From: Mustelus asterias
Lineage: Eukaryota
Assembly: GCF_964213995.1 (NCBI RefSeq)
Contig: NC_135819.1
Coordinates: 7,564,001-7,628,000 of the forward strand
DNA: 64,000 bases
Direction of reading: 5' to 3'
Made by a program: the position numbers and the translations under genes. This document shows positions 1 through 12,017 of the stretch, one piece after another (position 1 is the stretch's first letter; every line of letters begins with the position of its first letter). The notes below the pieces were generated by a model. That model worked only from the letters and a program-made list of their open reading frames with translations, searched no databases and was not told the origin of the DNA.

Positions 1-3000
1 GAGGGAACCTCAATGAGTGACTCGGAATAAGGGAACCTCAATGAGTGACTCGGAATGAGGGAACCTCAATGAGTGACTTGGAATGAGGGAGCCTCAATGA
101 GTGACACGGAATGAGGGAACCTCAATGAGCGACTCAGAGTGAGGAGGGTGCCTCAATGAGTGACTCGGAATGAGGAAGCCTCAATGAGGGACTCGGAATG
201 AGGGAACCTCACTGAGTGATTCGGAGTGAGGAAGCCTCAATGAGTGACTCAGAATGAGGAGAGAGCCTAAATGAGTGACTCGGAATGAGGGAACCTCAAT
301 GAGTGACTCGGAATGAGGGAACCTCAATGAGTGACTCGGAATAAGGGAACCTCAATCAGTGACTCGGAATGAGGGACCCTCAATGAGTGACTCGGAATGA
401 GGGACCCTCAATGAGTGATTCAGAGTGAGGAGGGAGACTCGAAGAGTGACTTGGAATGAGGGAACTTCAATGAGTGACTCGGAATGAGGAAGCCTCAATG
501 AGTGACTCGGAGTGAGCCTCAATGAGTGACTCAGAATGAGAGAGCCTCAATGAGTGACCCGGAATGAGGGAACCTCAATGAGTGACTCAGAATGAGGGCG
601 CCTCAATGAGTGACTTGATATGAGGGAGTCTCAATGAGTGACTCAGAATGAGGGAACCTCAATGAGTGACTCGGAGTGAGGGAACCTCAATGAGTGACTC
701 GGAGTGAGCCTCAATGAGTGACTCAGAATAAGGGAAACCCAATGAGTGACTCGGAATGAGGGAGCCTCAATGTGTGACTCGGAGTGAGGAGGAAGCCTTC
801 ATGAGTGACTCGGTATGAGGGAGCCTCAATGAGTGACTTGGAGTGAGCCTCAATGAGTGACTCAGAATAAGGGAAACCCAATGAGTGACTCGGAATGAGG
901 GAGCCTCATGAGTGACTCAGAATGAGGGAACCTCAATGAGTGACTCGGAGTGAGCCTCAATGAGTGACTCGGAATGAGGTAACCTCAATGAGTGATTCCG
1001 AGTGAGGAGGGAGACTCAATGAGTGACTTGGAATGAGGGAACCTCAATGAGTGACTCGGAATGAGAGAGCCTCAATGAGTGACCCGGAATGAGGAAACCT
1101 CAATGAGTGACTCAGAATGAGGGAGCCTCAATGAGTGACTCGAAATGAGGGAACCTCAATGAGTGACTCGGAGTGAGCCTCAATGAGTGACTTGGAATGA
1201 GGGAGCCTCAATGAGTGACTCAGAATGAGGTAACCTCAATGAGTGATTCCGAGTGAGGAGGGAGACTCAATGAGTGACTCGGAATGAGGGAACCTCAATG
1301 AGTGACTCGGAGTGAGCCTCAATGAGTGACTTGGAATGAGGGAGCCTCAATGAGTGACTCGCAATGAGGTAACCTCAATGAGTAATTCCGAGTCAGGAGG
1401 GAGACTCAATGCGTGACTTGGAATGAGGGAACCTCAATGAATGACTCAGAATGAGGGAACCTCAATGAGTGACTCGGAGTGAAGGAGCCTCAATGAGTGA
1501 CTCGGAATGAGGAAGCCTAAATGAGGGACTCGGAATGAGGGAACCTCACTGAGTGATTCAGAGTGAGGAAGCCTCAATGAGTGACTCGGAATGAGGAGAG
1601 AGCCTAAATGAGTGACTCGGAATGAGGAAACCTCAATGAATGACTCGACATGAGGGAACCTCAATGAGTGACTCGGAATGAGGGAGTCTCAATGAGTGAC
1701 TCAGAATGAGGGAAGCTCAATGAATGACTCAGAATGAGAGAGCCTCAATGAGTGACTCGGAATGAGGGAACCTCAATGAGTGACTCGGAATGAGGGAGTC
1801 TCAATGAGTGACTCGGTATGAGGGAACCTCAATGAGTGACTCGGAATGAGGGAGTCTCAATGAGTGACTCAGAATGAGGGAAGCTCAATGAATGACTCAG
1901 AATGAGAGAGCCTCAATGAGTGACTCGGAATGAGGGAACATCTATGAGTGACTCGGAGTGAGGGAGCCTCAATGGGTGACGCAGAATGAGGGAACCTCTA
2001 TGAGTGACTCGGAGTGAGGGAGCCTCAATGAGTGACTCGGAATGAGGAGAGAGCCTAAATGAGTGACTCGGAATGAGGGAACCTCAATGAGTGACTCGGA
2101 ATGAGGGAACCTTAATGAGTGACTCGGAATGAGGGAACCTTAATGAGCGACTCAGAGTGAGGAGGGTGCCTCAATGAGTGACTCGGAATGAGGAAGCCTC
2201 AATGAGGGACTCGGAATGAGGGAACCTCACTGAGTGATTCGCAGTGAGGAAGCCTGATTGAGTGACTCGGAATGAGGGAACCTCAATGAATGACTCGACA
2301 TGAGGGAACCTCAATGAGTGACTCGGAACGAGGGAGCCTCAATGAATGACTCGGAATGAGGGAAGCTCAATGAGTGACTCAGAATGAGGGAACCTCAATG
2401 AGTGACTCAGAATGAGGGAACCTCAATGAGTGACTCGGAATGAGGGAACCTCAATGAGTGACTCAGAATGAGAGAGCCACAATGAGTGACTCGGAATGAG
2501 AGAGCCACAATGAGTGACTCGGAATGAGGGAACCTCAATGAGTGACTCGGAATGAAGGAGCCTCAATGAGTGACTCGGAATGAGGGAACCTCAATGAGTG
2601 ACTCGGAAAGAGGATGCCTCAATGAGTGACTCGGAATGAGGGAACCTCACTGAGTGTCTTGGAATGAGGGAGCCTCAATGAGTGACTTGGAATGAGGGAA
2701 CCTTAATGAGGGACTCGGAGTGAGGAAGCCTCAATGAGTGACTTGGAATGAGGGAGCCTCAATGAGTGATTTGGAATGAGGGAACCTTAATGAGCGACTC
2801 AGAGTGAGGAGGGTGCCTCAATGAGTGACTCGGAATGAGGAAGCCTCAATGAGGGACTCGGAATGAGGGAACCTCACTGAGTGATTCGGAGTGAGGAAGC
2901 CTCAATGAGTGACTCGGAATGAGGAGAGAGCCTAAATGAGTGACTTGGAATGAGGGAACCTCAATGAATGACTCGACATGAGGGAACCTCAATGAGTGAC

Positions 3001-4434
3001 TCAGAATGAGGGAGCCTCAATGAGTGACTTGGAATGAGGGAACCTTAATGAGCGACTCAGAGTGCGGAGGGTGCCTCAATGAGTGATTCAGAGTGAGGAA
3101 GCCTCAATGAGTGACTCGGAATGAGGAGAGAGCCTAAATGAATGACTCGACATGAGGGAACCTCAATGAGTGACTTGGAATGAGGGAGTCTCAATGAGTG
3201 ACTCGGTATGAGGGAACCTCAATGAGTGACTCGGAATGAGGGAGCCTCAATGAATGAGTCAGAATGAGAGAGCCTCAATGGATGACTCGGAATGAAGGAG
3301 TCTCAATGAGTGACTCGGAATGAGGGAACCTCATTGAGTGATTCGGAGTGAGGAAGCCTCAATGAGTGACTCGGAATGAGGGAACCTCATTGAGTGATTC
3401 GGAGTGAGGAGGGAGTCTCAATGAGTGACTTGGAATGAGGGAACCTCAATGAGTGACTCGGAATTAGGAGGGAGCCTTAATGAGTGACTGGGAATGAGGG
3501 AACCTCAATGAGTGACTCGGAGTGAGGAGGGAGCCTCAATGAGTGACTCGGTATGAAGGGGGAACCTCAATGAGTGACTCGGTATGAGGAGGGAGCCTCA
3601 ATGAGTGACTCAAAATGAAGAGGGGGTATCAATGAGTGATTCGGAGTGAGGAGGGAGCCTCAATGAGTAACTCGGAATGAGGGAACCTCAATGAGTGACT
3701 GGGAATGAGGAGAGAGCCTAAATGAGTGACTTGGAATGAGGGAACCTCAATGAATGACTCGACATGAGGGAACCTCAATGAGTGACTCGGAATGAGGGAG
3801 CCTCAATGAGTGACTTGGAATGAGGGAACCTTAATGAGCGACTCAGAGTGAGGAGGGTGCCTCAATGAGTGACTCGGAATGAGGAAGCCTCAATAAGGGA
3901 CTCAGAATGAGGGAACCTCACTGAGTGATTCGGAGTGAGGAAGCCTCAATAAGTGACTAGGAATGAGGGAACCTCATTGAGTGATTTGGAGTGAGGAGGG
4001 AGTCTCAATGAGTGACTCGGAATGGGGGAACCTCAATGAGTGACTCGGAATGAGGAGGGAGCCTCAATGAGTGACTCGGAATGAGGAGGGAGCCTTAATG
4101 AGTGACTGGGAATGAGGGAACCTCAATGAGTGACTCGGGCTGAGGAGGGAGCCTCAATGAGTGACTCGGTATGAAGGGGGGACCTCAATGAGTGACTGGT
4201 ATGAGGAGGGAGCCTCAATGAGTGACTCAAAATGAAGAGGGGGTCTCAATGAGTGATTCGGAGTGAGGAGGGAGCCTCAATGAGTAACTCGGAATGAGGG
4301 AACCTCAATGAGTGACTGGGAATGAGGAGGGAGCCTCAATGAATGAGTGGGAATGAGGAGAGTGCCTCAATGAGTGACTGGGGAATGAGGAGAGAACCTC
4401 AATGAGTGACTGGGAATGAGGAGGGAACCTCAAT
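1..4434. repeat. 28-bp GA-rich minisatellite (consensus GAGGGAACCTCAATGAGTGACTCGGAAT), roughly 150 units, runs off window start
   Basis: Direct tandem units with shorter and longer variants; each unit has two mini-palindromes (GAGG-GAA-CCTC, GAGT-G-ACTC); multi-unit blocks recur (e.g. GAGCGACTCAGAGTGAGGAGGGTGCC near 128, 2145, 2792, 3836). Confidence 0.98.
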
Positions 4435-4628
4435 CAGGATGTTTCTGGAGTATGTGGGTAACCGCAGCATTTTCTTCCTCTCAATGGGAGTAACCAGAAT
4501 CAGAACTCTCTTCTCTTCCCCATTTCATGCAGAGATTATATCTGTGGAGTTTATTTCTGCTTTTATTATCTGACCGCCTGTGCAGATTGCAATAACCTTT
4601 CGCTTGCAGTTTGCCAGTTTGTAGAGTC

Positions 4629-4675
4629 TGGAATTCTGCGGATAGATTCCTATCGTTTCCGGGAAAGGACTTCCA
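4629..4675 (+). promoter_or_regulatory. Proximal promoter module of ICAM-like gene A: kB-like TGGAATTCT plus perfect GAS/STAT palindrome TTTCCGGGAAA (4656-4666)
   Basis: TTC-N3-GAA palindrome about 64 nt upstream of the ATG; same 11-mer as the human ICAM1 pIgammaRE; a homologous module lies upstream of the paralog at 59867-59905. Confidence 0.7.
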
Positions 4676-4729
4676 TTACCATTGAAGTGAGTTTCCGACG
4701 GCATTGCCTCCTGTCTCAAAATCAGAATC

Positions 4730-4799
4730 ATGGATTTCAGCCTCACTTCAGCTGATGGTTCCAGTTTCTTCTTCGCCGTTTTGATTTTTACTGTGACAA
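4730..4799 (+). CDS. ICAM/VCAM-like gene A exon 1 (signal peptide MDFSLTSADGSSFFFAVLIFTVT)
   Basis: ATG, hydrophobic core, phase-1 donor A|gtaggt matching the phase-1 acceptor at 9307; homologous to exon 1 of the paralog (MDFKLNSAVG...); too short for the ORF track. Confidence 0.85.
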
Positions 4800-5906
4800 G
4801 TAGGTAAAAGAAACACTATTTAAAATATATTGGTATTATTTTCGGGGTAAATTCGTACTGTATCGACAACGTTTGGAGTTAGGACAATTCAGTGCCTTTG
4901 TTTTGTAATCTATTAACTTTCCTGCCATGTAATTAGTTCTTCATTAACATCTGGAACAAGAATATTGGGCAAGTTTCTGCAATGTTCTCAAAGAAGCCAA
5001 GAGAATGATTTATTTAAGTTCAGGTTTGAAATGTTGTTCCGATTCACACCTATGTTGTCTTGTAATAAAAGAGTATCGCATTAACTAACGCCCCCCCCCC
5101 CCTCCCCTCCATGTTTCTTGTGTTTTGTAGTAATACATTTATTATAGATTATAAGTTGTTTCCCACTGACGGGCAACCTCTGCTCACGTTAGCCCGAGCA
5201 AATGAAGCAGTTTCTCCGGGAAGTCATTGGTCACACTGAGATTCCATTGAGAATAGTAACGCTGTTTTTCACTCAGTTGAAGAAGAGGTCTCTGCGCCAC
5301 AGATAATTTGTGTGTCAGTGTTAGTAAAGAAGCAGTATCCAGAGATATTAGATTTAACTCTGCATTCCTCTGTACATTCCTCTGCAACGATCCAGCTCCA
5401 GTTTCAAGAAACAAACGGTACTCCACAAGCTTATCGAGAGAGTTTGTCTTGCTTTCTCTTTCTGAGAGAGCCAGTGCAACACTCGATGGGCCGAATGGCA
5501 TCTTCTGCACTCTGACGATTCTGTGACTACATAAAACCCAACATGCAACAAGCTGCAGCACAGAGGAAGCTGTAATGGGTTCGGGAAATGGGGATCTGGT
5601 TTAACGGCGCCTGTACAGCTTTGGGACTGACATCAAAGGGAGCTAAAGTCGCTCTTCAGTAAAAGCGAGCTGGGAGGTTGCCAGGCTTGTTATCCAGATT
5701 CTTGTAGCTGATTTGTAAGTGAGGGAGTGATTGTGCGGTATATGGGCGATTGTGTACACAGACGTCCCGGACCTTCAGTTTTCAGCACTCCAGTAGATCA
5801 GTAACAATGAGTGATCCTTTGGGTTCTACACGGGTGGGCAGTTTGTCTTTACCCTGGTTTTGTGGATGAAGTTCGCCTCTGACTGCAGAGAAAACCGCCC
5901 ATCAAA

Positions 5907-5955
5907 ATGTGGCAATGAATTTCCCTTTTCGCAATGTCAAGCCCTGGGAATTTCC
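5907..5955 (+). promoter_or_regulatory. Candidate intronic inflammatory enhancer (C/EBP-kB-C/EBP-kB)
   Basis: TGTGGCAAT, TGAATTTCCC, TTTCGCAAT and consensus kB GGGAATTTCC (5946-5955) within 50 bp. Confidence 0.5.
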
Positions 5956-6249
5956 AAGTGTCCAGTAACGATGATGGCATGCAGTTAATCCTGAAATATT
6001 CAAACTGCAAACCAGAAAGTCAAAGGCAACATCAAGTTTGTACTTTAAAAACTTCCACAGAGCAACATCAATGATTGGGGCATACACATTGGATTGTGAA
6101 CTTTATATGAACTTTAACAAAATCAAAAATGTAAATGTTTTATCATCATGGAGAAATGTGATATTCCACGTATAAATGAGTGTGGCTGTTCAGTAGTGAT
6201 TAGCAAGTTAGTACTCCCTTAAAACCCCAGTTACATCTCTGGAGAATTG

Positions 6250-6840
6250 AAAGGAGGTTTGATGAGGCCAGTGAGGTTGATGTGTTGTATATGGATTTCC
6301 AAAAGACATTTTCTACAGTGCCACACAACAGACTTGTGGGCAAAATTATAGCTCATGGAATAAAAGGAGCAGTGGCAAAATGGACATAGAATTGGATGAG
6401 TGACAGGAAACAAAGTGGTTAATGGATGTTTTTGTAAAGAAGGAAGATTTAGAATGAGTTCCCCAGTGGTTGGTGTTGGGATCCTTGTTTTTCCTTATGT
6501 ATAGAAATGACCTATTTTGGTGTACAGGACGCAATTTCAAAATTTGCAGGTGATACAAAACCTGGTAGCATTGTGACCGGTGAGGAGGATAATATAGAAC
6601 TTGGACACGTTGGTGGAATGAGCAGGATAAAGTTAATGCAGAGAAACTGTTCTTACTGATGGAAGGATGAAGAACCAGAAGGCACAGATTTAAGGTAATT
6701 AGCAAAAGAAGCAATGGAGACATGAGAAGAAACTGTCTTATGCAGCTGAGATCTGGGATACACTGCCTGGCATTGTGGTGGTGGTAAGTTCAGTCAAGGC
6801 AGTCAAGGGAATTGGATTATTATCTGAAAAGGAAGAACAT
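6250..6840 (+). mobile_element. Degraded CR1 LINE RT/3' fragment
   Basis: Frameshifted remnants of MDFQK, VPQGLVLG and FAGDTK-type RT motifs. Confidence 0.75.
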
Positions 6841-6859
6841 GCATGGTTATACAGAGAGA

Positions 6860-8065
6860 AGGTATTGAAGACTTGTGCTCCAGAACAACTGCACAAGCCA
6901 AGCTGTTCCAGTACAGCTGCAACACTGGCATCTACCCAGCAATGTGGAGAATTGCCCAGGAATGTCCTGTACACAAAAATAGGACAAATCCAACCTTGCC
7001 AATTATCACCCCATCAGATGATCAGGGAAATTATAGAAGGGATCATCCACAGTGCTATCAAGTGGCACTTACTCAGCATTAACTTATTCATTGACCCTCA
7101 GTTTGGGTTCAGCCAGGGCCACTCAGCTCTTGACGTCACTCCAGCCTTTAAAGTCCAAACATGGACAAAAGAGCTGAGCTGAAGAGGTGAGGTGATAGCG
7201 ACTGCCATTGACATCAAGGCAGCATTTCACTGAGGATGGCATCAATGAGCCTGAACAAAACTGCAATCAATGGCAATCCACTTGTTGAAGTCATACTTGG
7301 CACAAAAGAAGATGGTTGTGGTTGTTGTAGGTCAGTTATCTCAGCTCCAGAACATCACTGCACAAGTTCCTCAGGATAGTGTTCTAGGCCCAACCATCTC
7401 CAGCTGCCTCACCAATGACCTTCTCTCCAAAATAAAGTCAGAAGTGGGGATATTTGCTGATGATCGCATAATTTTCAGTACCATTCGTGATTCCTTAGAT
7501 ACTGAAGTAGTTTGTGCCCATATGCAGGAAAAACTGGACAATATCCAGGCTTGGGCTGACAAGTGGCAAGTAACATTCAAGCCAAAGATGTGCCATGTAA
7601 TGAACATCTCCAACAAGAGAGAATCACACCATCTCCCCTTGACATCCAATGGCATTACCATCACTGAATCCCCCACTATTAACATCCTGAGGGTTACTAA
7701 TGACCAGAAACGGGACTGGATTAACCATATAAATATTGTGGTACCTAAGCAGGTCAGAGACTGGGCATTCTGTGGAGAGTAACTCAGACTTCCCAAATCT
7801 GGTCCTGCATCTACAGGCACAAGTCAGGAGGGTGATGAATGCTCTCCACTCGCCTGGATGAGTGATGAGAGCAACACAACACTCAAGAAGTTTGACACCA
7901 TACAGGACAAAGCTTGTTTGACATCCAATCGGTCACTTGAACCATTCACTCCCTCCACCTCTGGTGTACAGTGGTAGAAGTGTATAGCAACTACAAAATG
8001 CACTGTAGGAAGTCATCATGTCTCCTTAGACAGCACTTCCCAAACCCGTGACTGTTGTCATCTAG
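6860..8065 (+). mobile_element. Degraded CR1/L2-clade LINE RT fragment
   Basis: ORFs 6775-7182 and 7270-7782 with QFGFSQGHS, VPQDSVLGP, IFADD, LDNIQAWADKWQVTF. Confidence 0.85.
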
Positions 8066-9306
8066 AAAGACAAGGGGCATAATTTTCAGTTATTTGCATG
8101 GAGTTCTGAATGAGGCAAGAAAACTGATATGCAGCTTGCAGGCTGCACAGCTAGATTTTCTCACAATAGTCTGCAGCTCTGTGTGCAGAGGACATCAGCT
8201 GGCTGGGCCCACAATGTCACACTCACAGGGTGGGGTCTATTAGAGCCGGCAACACTGGCTCTGCAGACATTGGGACACCATTTTAAAAGGCACTCCAAAG
8301 TGCAATAATAAAAATATATCCCGTACCATGGATAAGGGGAACTCCGCCACTCAATATGTTCGAGTGCAACCCTCACCCTATGGATAAGGAGAACCTCCCC
8401 CAATGTGGGCAAGGGAAACCCCTCCCCCGGACAGGTATGGGGAACCCCCAGCACACAAGGCCACCTCCCCCCCCTCCTCTCCTGTCATGAAGACCTTCCT
8501 CTCCACTTTCCTAGTTGCCAGGCCAGCCTGCCAGGCTCCAGTTCTTAAGAGAATCATACATGTCTTTGAGGCCAAGCATTGAGGGTGACAATTCCCTGGG
8601 GTGGCATTTTGTCGGCAGCTCTTGGGAGTGGGTCTGTTAATTGGCCTCTATTGGCAAAATGCAACCCCAGATCCTGCTGCCCTGACCAGGGCGGGGAGGT
8701 GGGGTGAGATGATTGGTTTCCACCTTTGGTCCCTGTGGTGGGACTCCAGCCTTCACCTAAAATTTCAGCCAATTAGTCTGAATCAAGAGTATAAGTATAT
8801 TTATTTGAAGGTCAAATCATGTGTATAATTCAAATCAAGGAAATGAAAGATGAGATTAAGGCAATAGAGTAAGAAAAAGTTTTTAAAAATTGAGTTTTCA
8901 AAACCAATTAAAATCTGAAAGAATGAAACTCCAAACTTGTAAAAGCCAACAATACAAGACAAGTCCTTTTGCATGAATTAAGACTAATAGAAATCCACTG
9001 GAATGGACAATCGCTTGTGAATTTGTACCTCAACTTTACAATCTTCATGTCTTTAAATGGCTGAAGAGTAGGACAACTTGGACAGCAACTTCCTGATTTC
9101 TGCATTGACCTGTATTTGCTGCCTGACTTACTTATTAAAATTAACTTGATAATGTTAAGTTTTGAGAGCCTCCAAATTACTTCAGGTCAATATGTTCTAT
9201 TTTGACGAGAGGCTTGTTTTTGTTTTACCTCTGCAAGTTATTCAGAATACATCCGACATTGAATGGCTTCCATGTCCCTGTATTTACTTTGTTTTTTTAT
9301 TGGCAG

Positions 9307-9576
9307 AAAACGTGGTTGGCTTTGAGGTTTTGATTGACACAAACCCCCCAGTGCTGGAATTTGGAGACTCACTGAAGATAAACTGCAGCACAACATGTGC
9401 ATTTCCTAAGCCATTAATTACGGTGGAGTATAAATCAGGGACAGATCCTATCAGAAATTCCAGTGATAATTGGATAGCTGACTTTTTCCCAAGTGTCAAA
9501 GCATGGGATATCTCTGTACCATGTTATGTGAACTGCAAAGGAGCAAAGACTGCAAACAAAGTGATCACTGTTTACA
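9307..9576 (+). CDS. Gene A exon 2, Ig domain 1 (ICAM-type, 4 Cys)
   Basis: ggcag acceptor; FEVLIDTNPPVLEFGDSLKINCSTTC...VEYK...CYVNC...ITVY; A|gtaagt donor; resembles ICAM2/VCAM1 D1. Confidence 0.95.
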
Positions 9577-10592
9577 GTAAGTGAAAACTCTTCTAACGAG
9601 CTGATGCTTAGTAATAAAGAATACAGGTCGAGTAGCTCCCTACTGAAATGCTGTGATGTTGCAATAGATTATGATAAGTAACATTCTTTATCTCAGAATT
9701 TTAAGCCCAGCCAAAAGATGCAGCATAATGACCCACCAAGACCAGTCCCTAATTCTCCGAATTTCTCCTTCCTCCTGCCATGTCATCATTGTTAGCCTTT
9801 CCTTCCTGTTTGTTTCTGAGTGAAAAGATTAGTTTCACAGTTCATTACCTCACCAATACACGGCTGGGTGGTTTAAAATAAACATCCAGAACTCTCCATG
9901 ATGCCGCCTCTCTCCTTGGAACCTCTTCCAGCTCGACAGCCCTGCCTGATTGCGGCCCTGCTTCAATTCTGCATCTGACTTTAACTCCATAGGTCGCAAC
10001 TATGGCTTCAATGGTTGAGGTTCTGGGTTTTGGAATCACTCCCTACATCTCTCTGTTGTTCTTGCGCGCTGTCTCTTTCTATCTCTCTAGCTATCTATCT
10101 TTCTCCTCCTAAAAATCTGCCCTTTTGTTCAAACTTTGGGACATCTGCCCTCATACCTTCTTCTTAGGCTTGGTGTTAAAGTTTTTTGGTAATGTTCCAG
10201 TGTTGGACTTAGGGATTTTTACTACATTAAAGGCTCTATGTTAATGCCAATTGCTGTTGTTTACAATTAATGATTTAATTATTCCTGATGTTGGTAATTT
10301 AGAATGAAGAGGGTTCAATATACTAATTCTTAATGGGGGGAGATTGAATATTTGTTGGAACAAATCCTTCTTACACGTTACACTACCCATGCATGGAATT
10401 TTATGAGAATGATTCCAAGTGTCCAGCTGGTGTGAAACTGGGAGAGTTGCGGATCTGTTTTTTGAGCTAGTTTTTACACCCAATCTTGAGCACATAGTGC
10501 ATGAACAAATGGGCTCGACCATTTCTAGTTGCCACAGGCAGTGGGCGGGGCTTAATTTATTAGCGAGCAGCAGAGGGAGCTTTTGCTCATGC

Positions 10593-10760
10593 GCAGACCT
10601 CTGTATCTGCACATGCACAATAGCAACAGTAGTGGGAGCTCTTGCACACGTGTAGACCTCTGATGCTGCACATGCACAATAGCAACAGTAGTGGGAGCTC
10701 TTGCACACGTGTAGACCTCTGATGCTGCACATGCACAATAGTAGAGAGAGGGAGAGCTGT
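10593..10760. repeat. ~60-bp tandem duplication (about 2.5 copies) inside a GC-rich MITE-like repeat
   Basis: AGACCTCTG..TGCACATGCACAATAGCAACAGTAGTGGGAGCTCTTGCACACGTGT repeated. Confidence 0.8.
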
Positions 10761-11493
10761 CAGGCCCCTGCTGTTGCAGCCAGCTTCAACCAACTCCCCA
10801 CCTCCTGCCCGCAATCGCAAGGGCTCATGGCAAATCGTGAGTCCCACACCGTCCGGAAACATAGCCCCGCTGCACCCCCACCGCCCAGACCAATCACGTT
10901 CCTCTCCCCCACCAATTGCCCCAATGCCTGGTGGGCATTGCTGAGGTGCCAGGCTGCCAATGCCAAGGTGCCAGGCTGACATTGTCAGGTTGGCACTGCC
11001 CAAGGGGCACCCCCCTTTGCCGTTGGCCTCAATGGCCTCCGGTTCTACCGACAAGGGCAACACAACTGTTCCCTGTTCATGGGGAGCAGGTGTTTTCCTC
11101 GCCGGAGGGAACCTTTCCCGGCGAGGCCATAAAGGCAAGTGAACCAGGACAACTGCGTGCCGGGCTCACTAATCACGTGCTGATGGCATGCATCATATAT
11201 TTAAATAATTTATTCAGCCTCTTGACAGAAATAGGCAAGTGGCTGACCTTGCCGGAAATCCGATTTTGGTAAGATCGCGAGAGCCGAGAAATCGGGCATG
11301 GTCCTGATTTCACAGCCCACGCATGATTTTATTGTCTCGCTCCGCCTATCGATGGGCAAGGGCAAGACAGTACAATTCCACCCAGTGTGCGAGGAGCTGG
11401 AACAGAGAGTGCTCAGGGAGATTATTCCAGTGAATTCCGTCAAGCTGTTCTGTGCTGTACTGTTCTATGTTAACTGTGATTCCCCTTTAACAG

Positions 11494-11808
11494 ATCGAGA
11501 GATAAGCATTACTTCACCTCCGGAAGTGCTGGAAGCTAACAGAGCATATAGTCTGGAGTGCATTGGTCCGAGGGTCTATCCAAACAATAAACTCATACTC
11601 ACATGGCTGAGGGGGAGTGAGATTGTTCAGAGCAATTCCACAGGAGAACAAGGTTATCCAGATGAAGATAAAAGATTGAGGAATGTCTTCAGTTTCACTG
11701 CAAGTGTGTCAGATGATGGACAGGTGTACACCTGCTTGGCCGAAGTGGATTCGGGCTCTAGCGACAGAAAACTAATCGCAAACTCCTCTGTAACTCTGCA
11801 AACTTGCT
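11494..11808 (+). CDS. Gene A exon 3, Ig domain 2
   Basis: taacag acceptor; YSLECIGPRVYPNNKLILTWLRG...DDGQVYTCLAEV; T|gtaagt donor; phase 1. Confidence 0.95.
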
Positions 11809-12017
11809 GTAAGTTCCATTTGAGTGAGAAACACTGGCCTCTTTTTAAGAATGGGTTAATTATCTCTAATTTGTAGAGGATAAATAAGGGGAAATATTAT
11901 AGCAATGCACTTCTCATTAGTTCCTGTTATTTCCACACCACAAAATTTGATGGATAAAATTTGCACATCTTGGATCATGAAGCTTTCTAATTTGTTCAAT
12001 GTGTAACTGTAAATTAT

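Noticed and set aside
1-4434. CRISPR-like array, and ORF 1446-1664
   Set aside because: Units are contiguous with no unique spacers, no cas genes, eukaryotic context; the ORF is a by-product of the repeat
4525-4791. Minus-strand ORF with apparent splice acceptor
   Set aside because: It is the antisense of the promoter and signal-peptide exon, which is independently supported by the paralog
10241-11272. Overlapping GC-rich ORFs (also 8161-8828, 21900-22536, 28262-29145)
   Set aside because: Lie within MITE-like repeats; stop-poor because of GC content, no coherent domains
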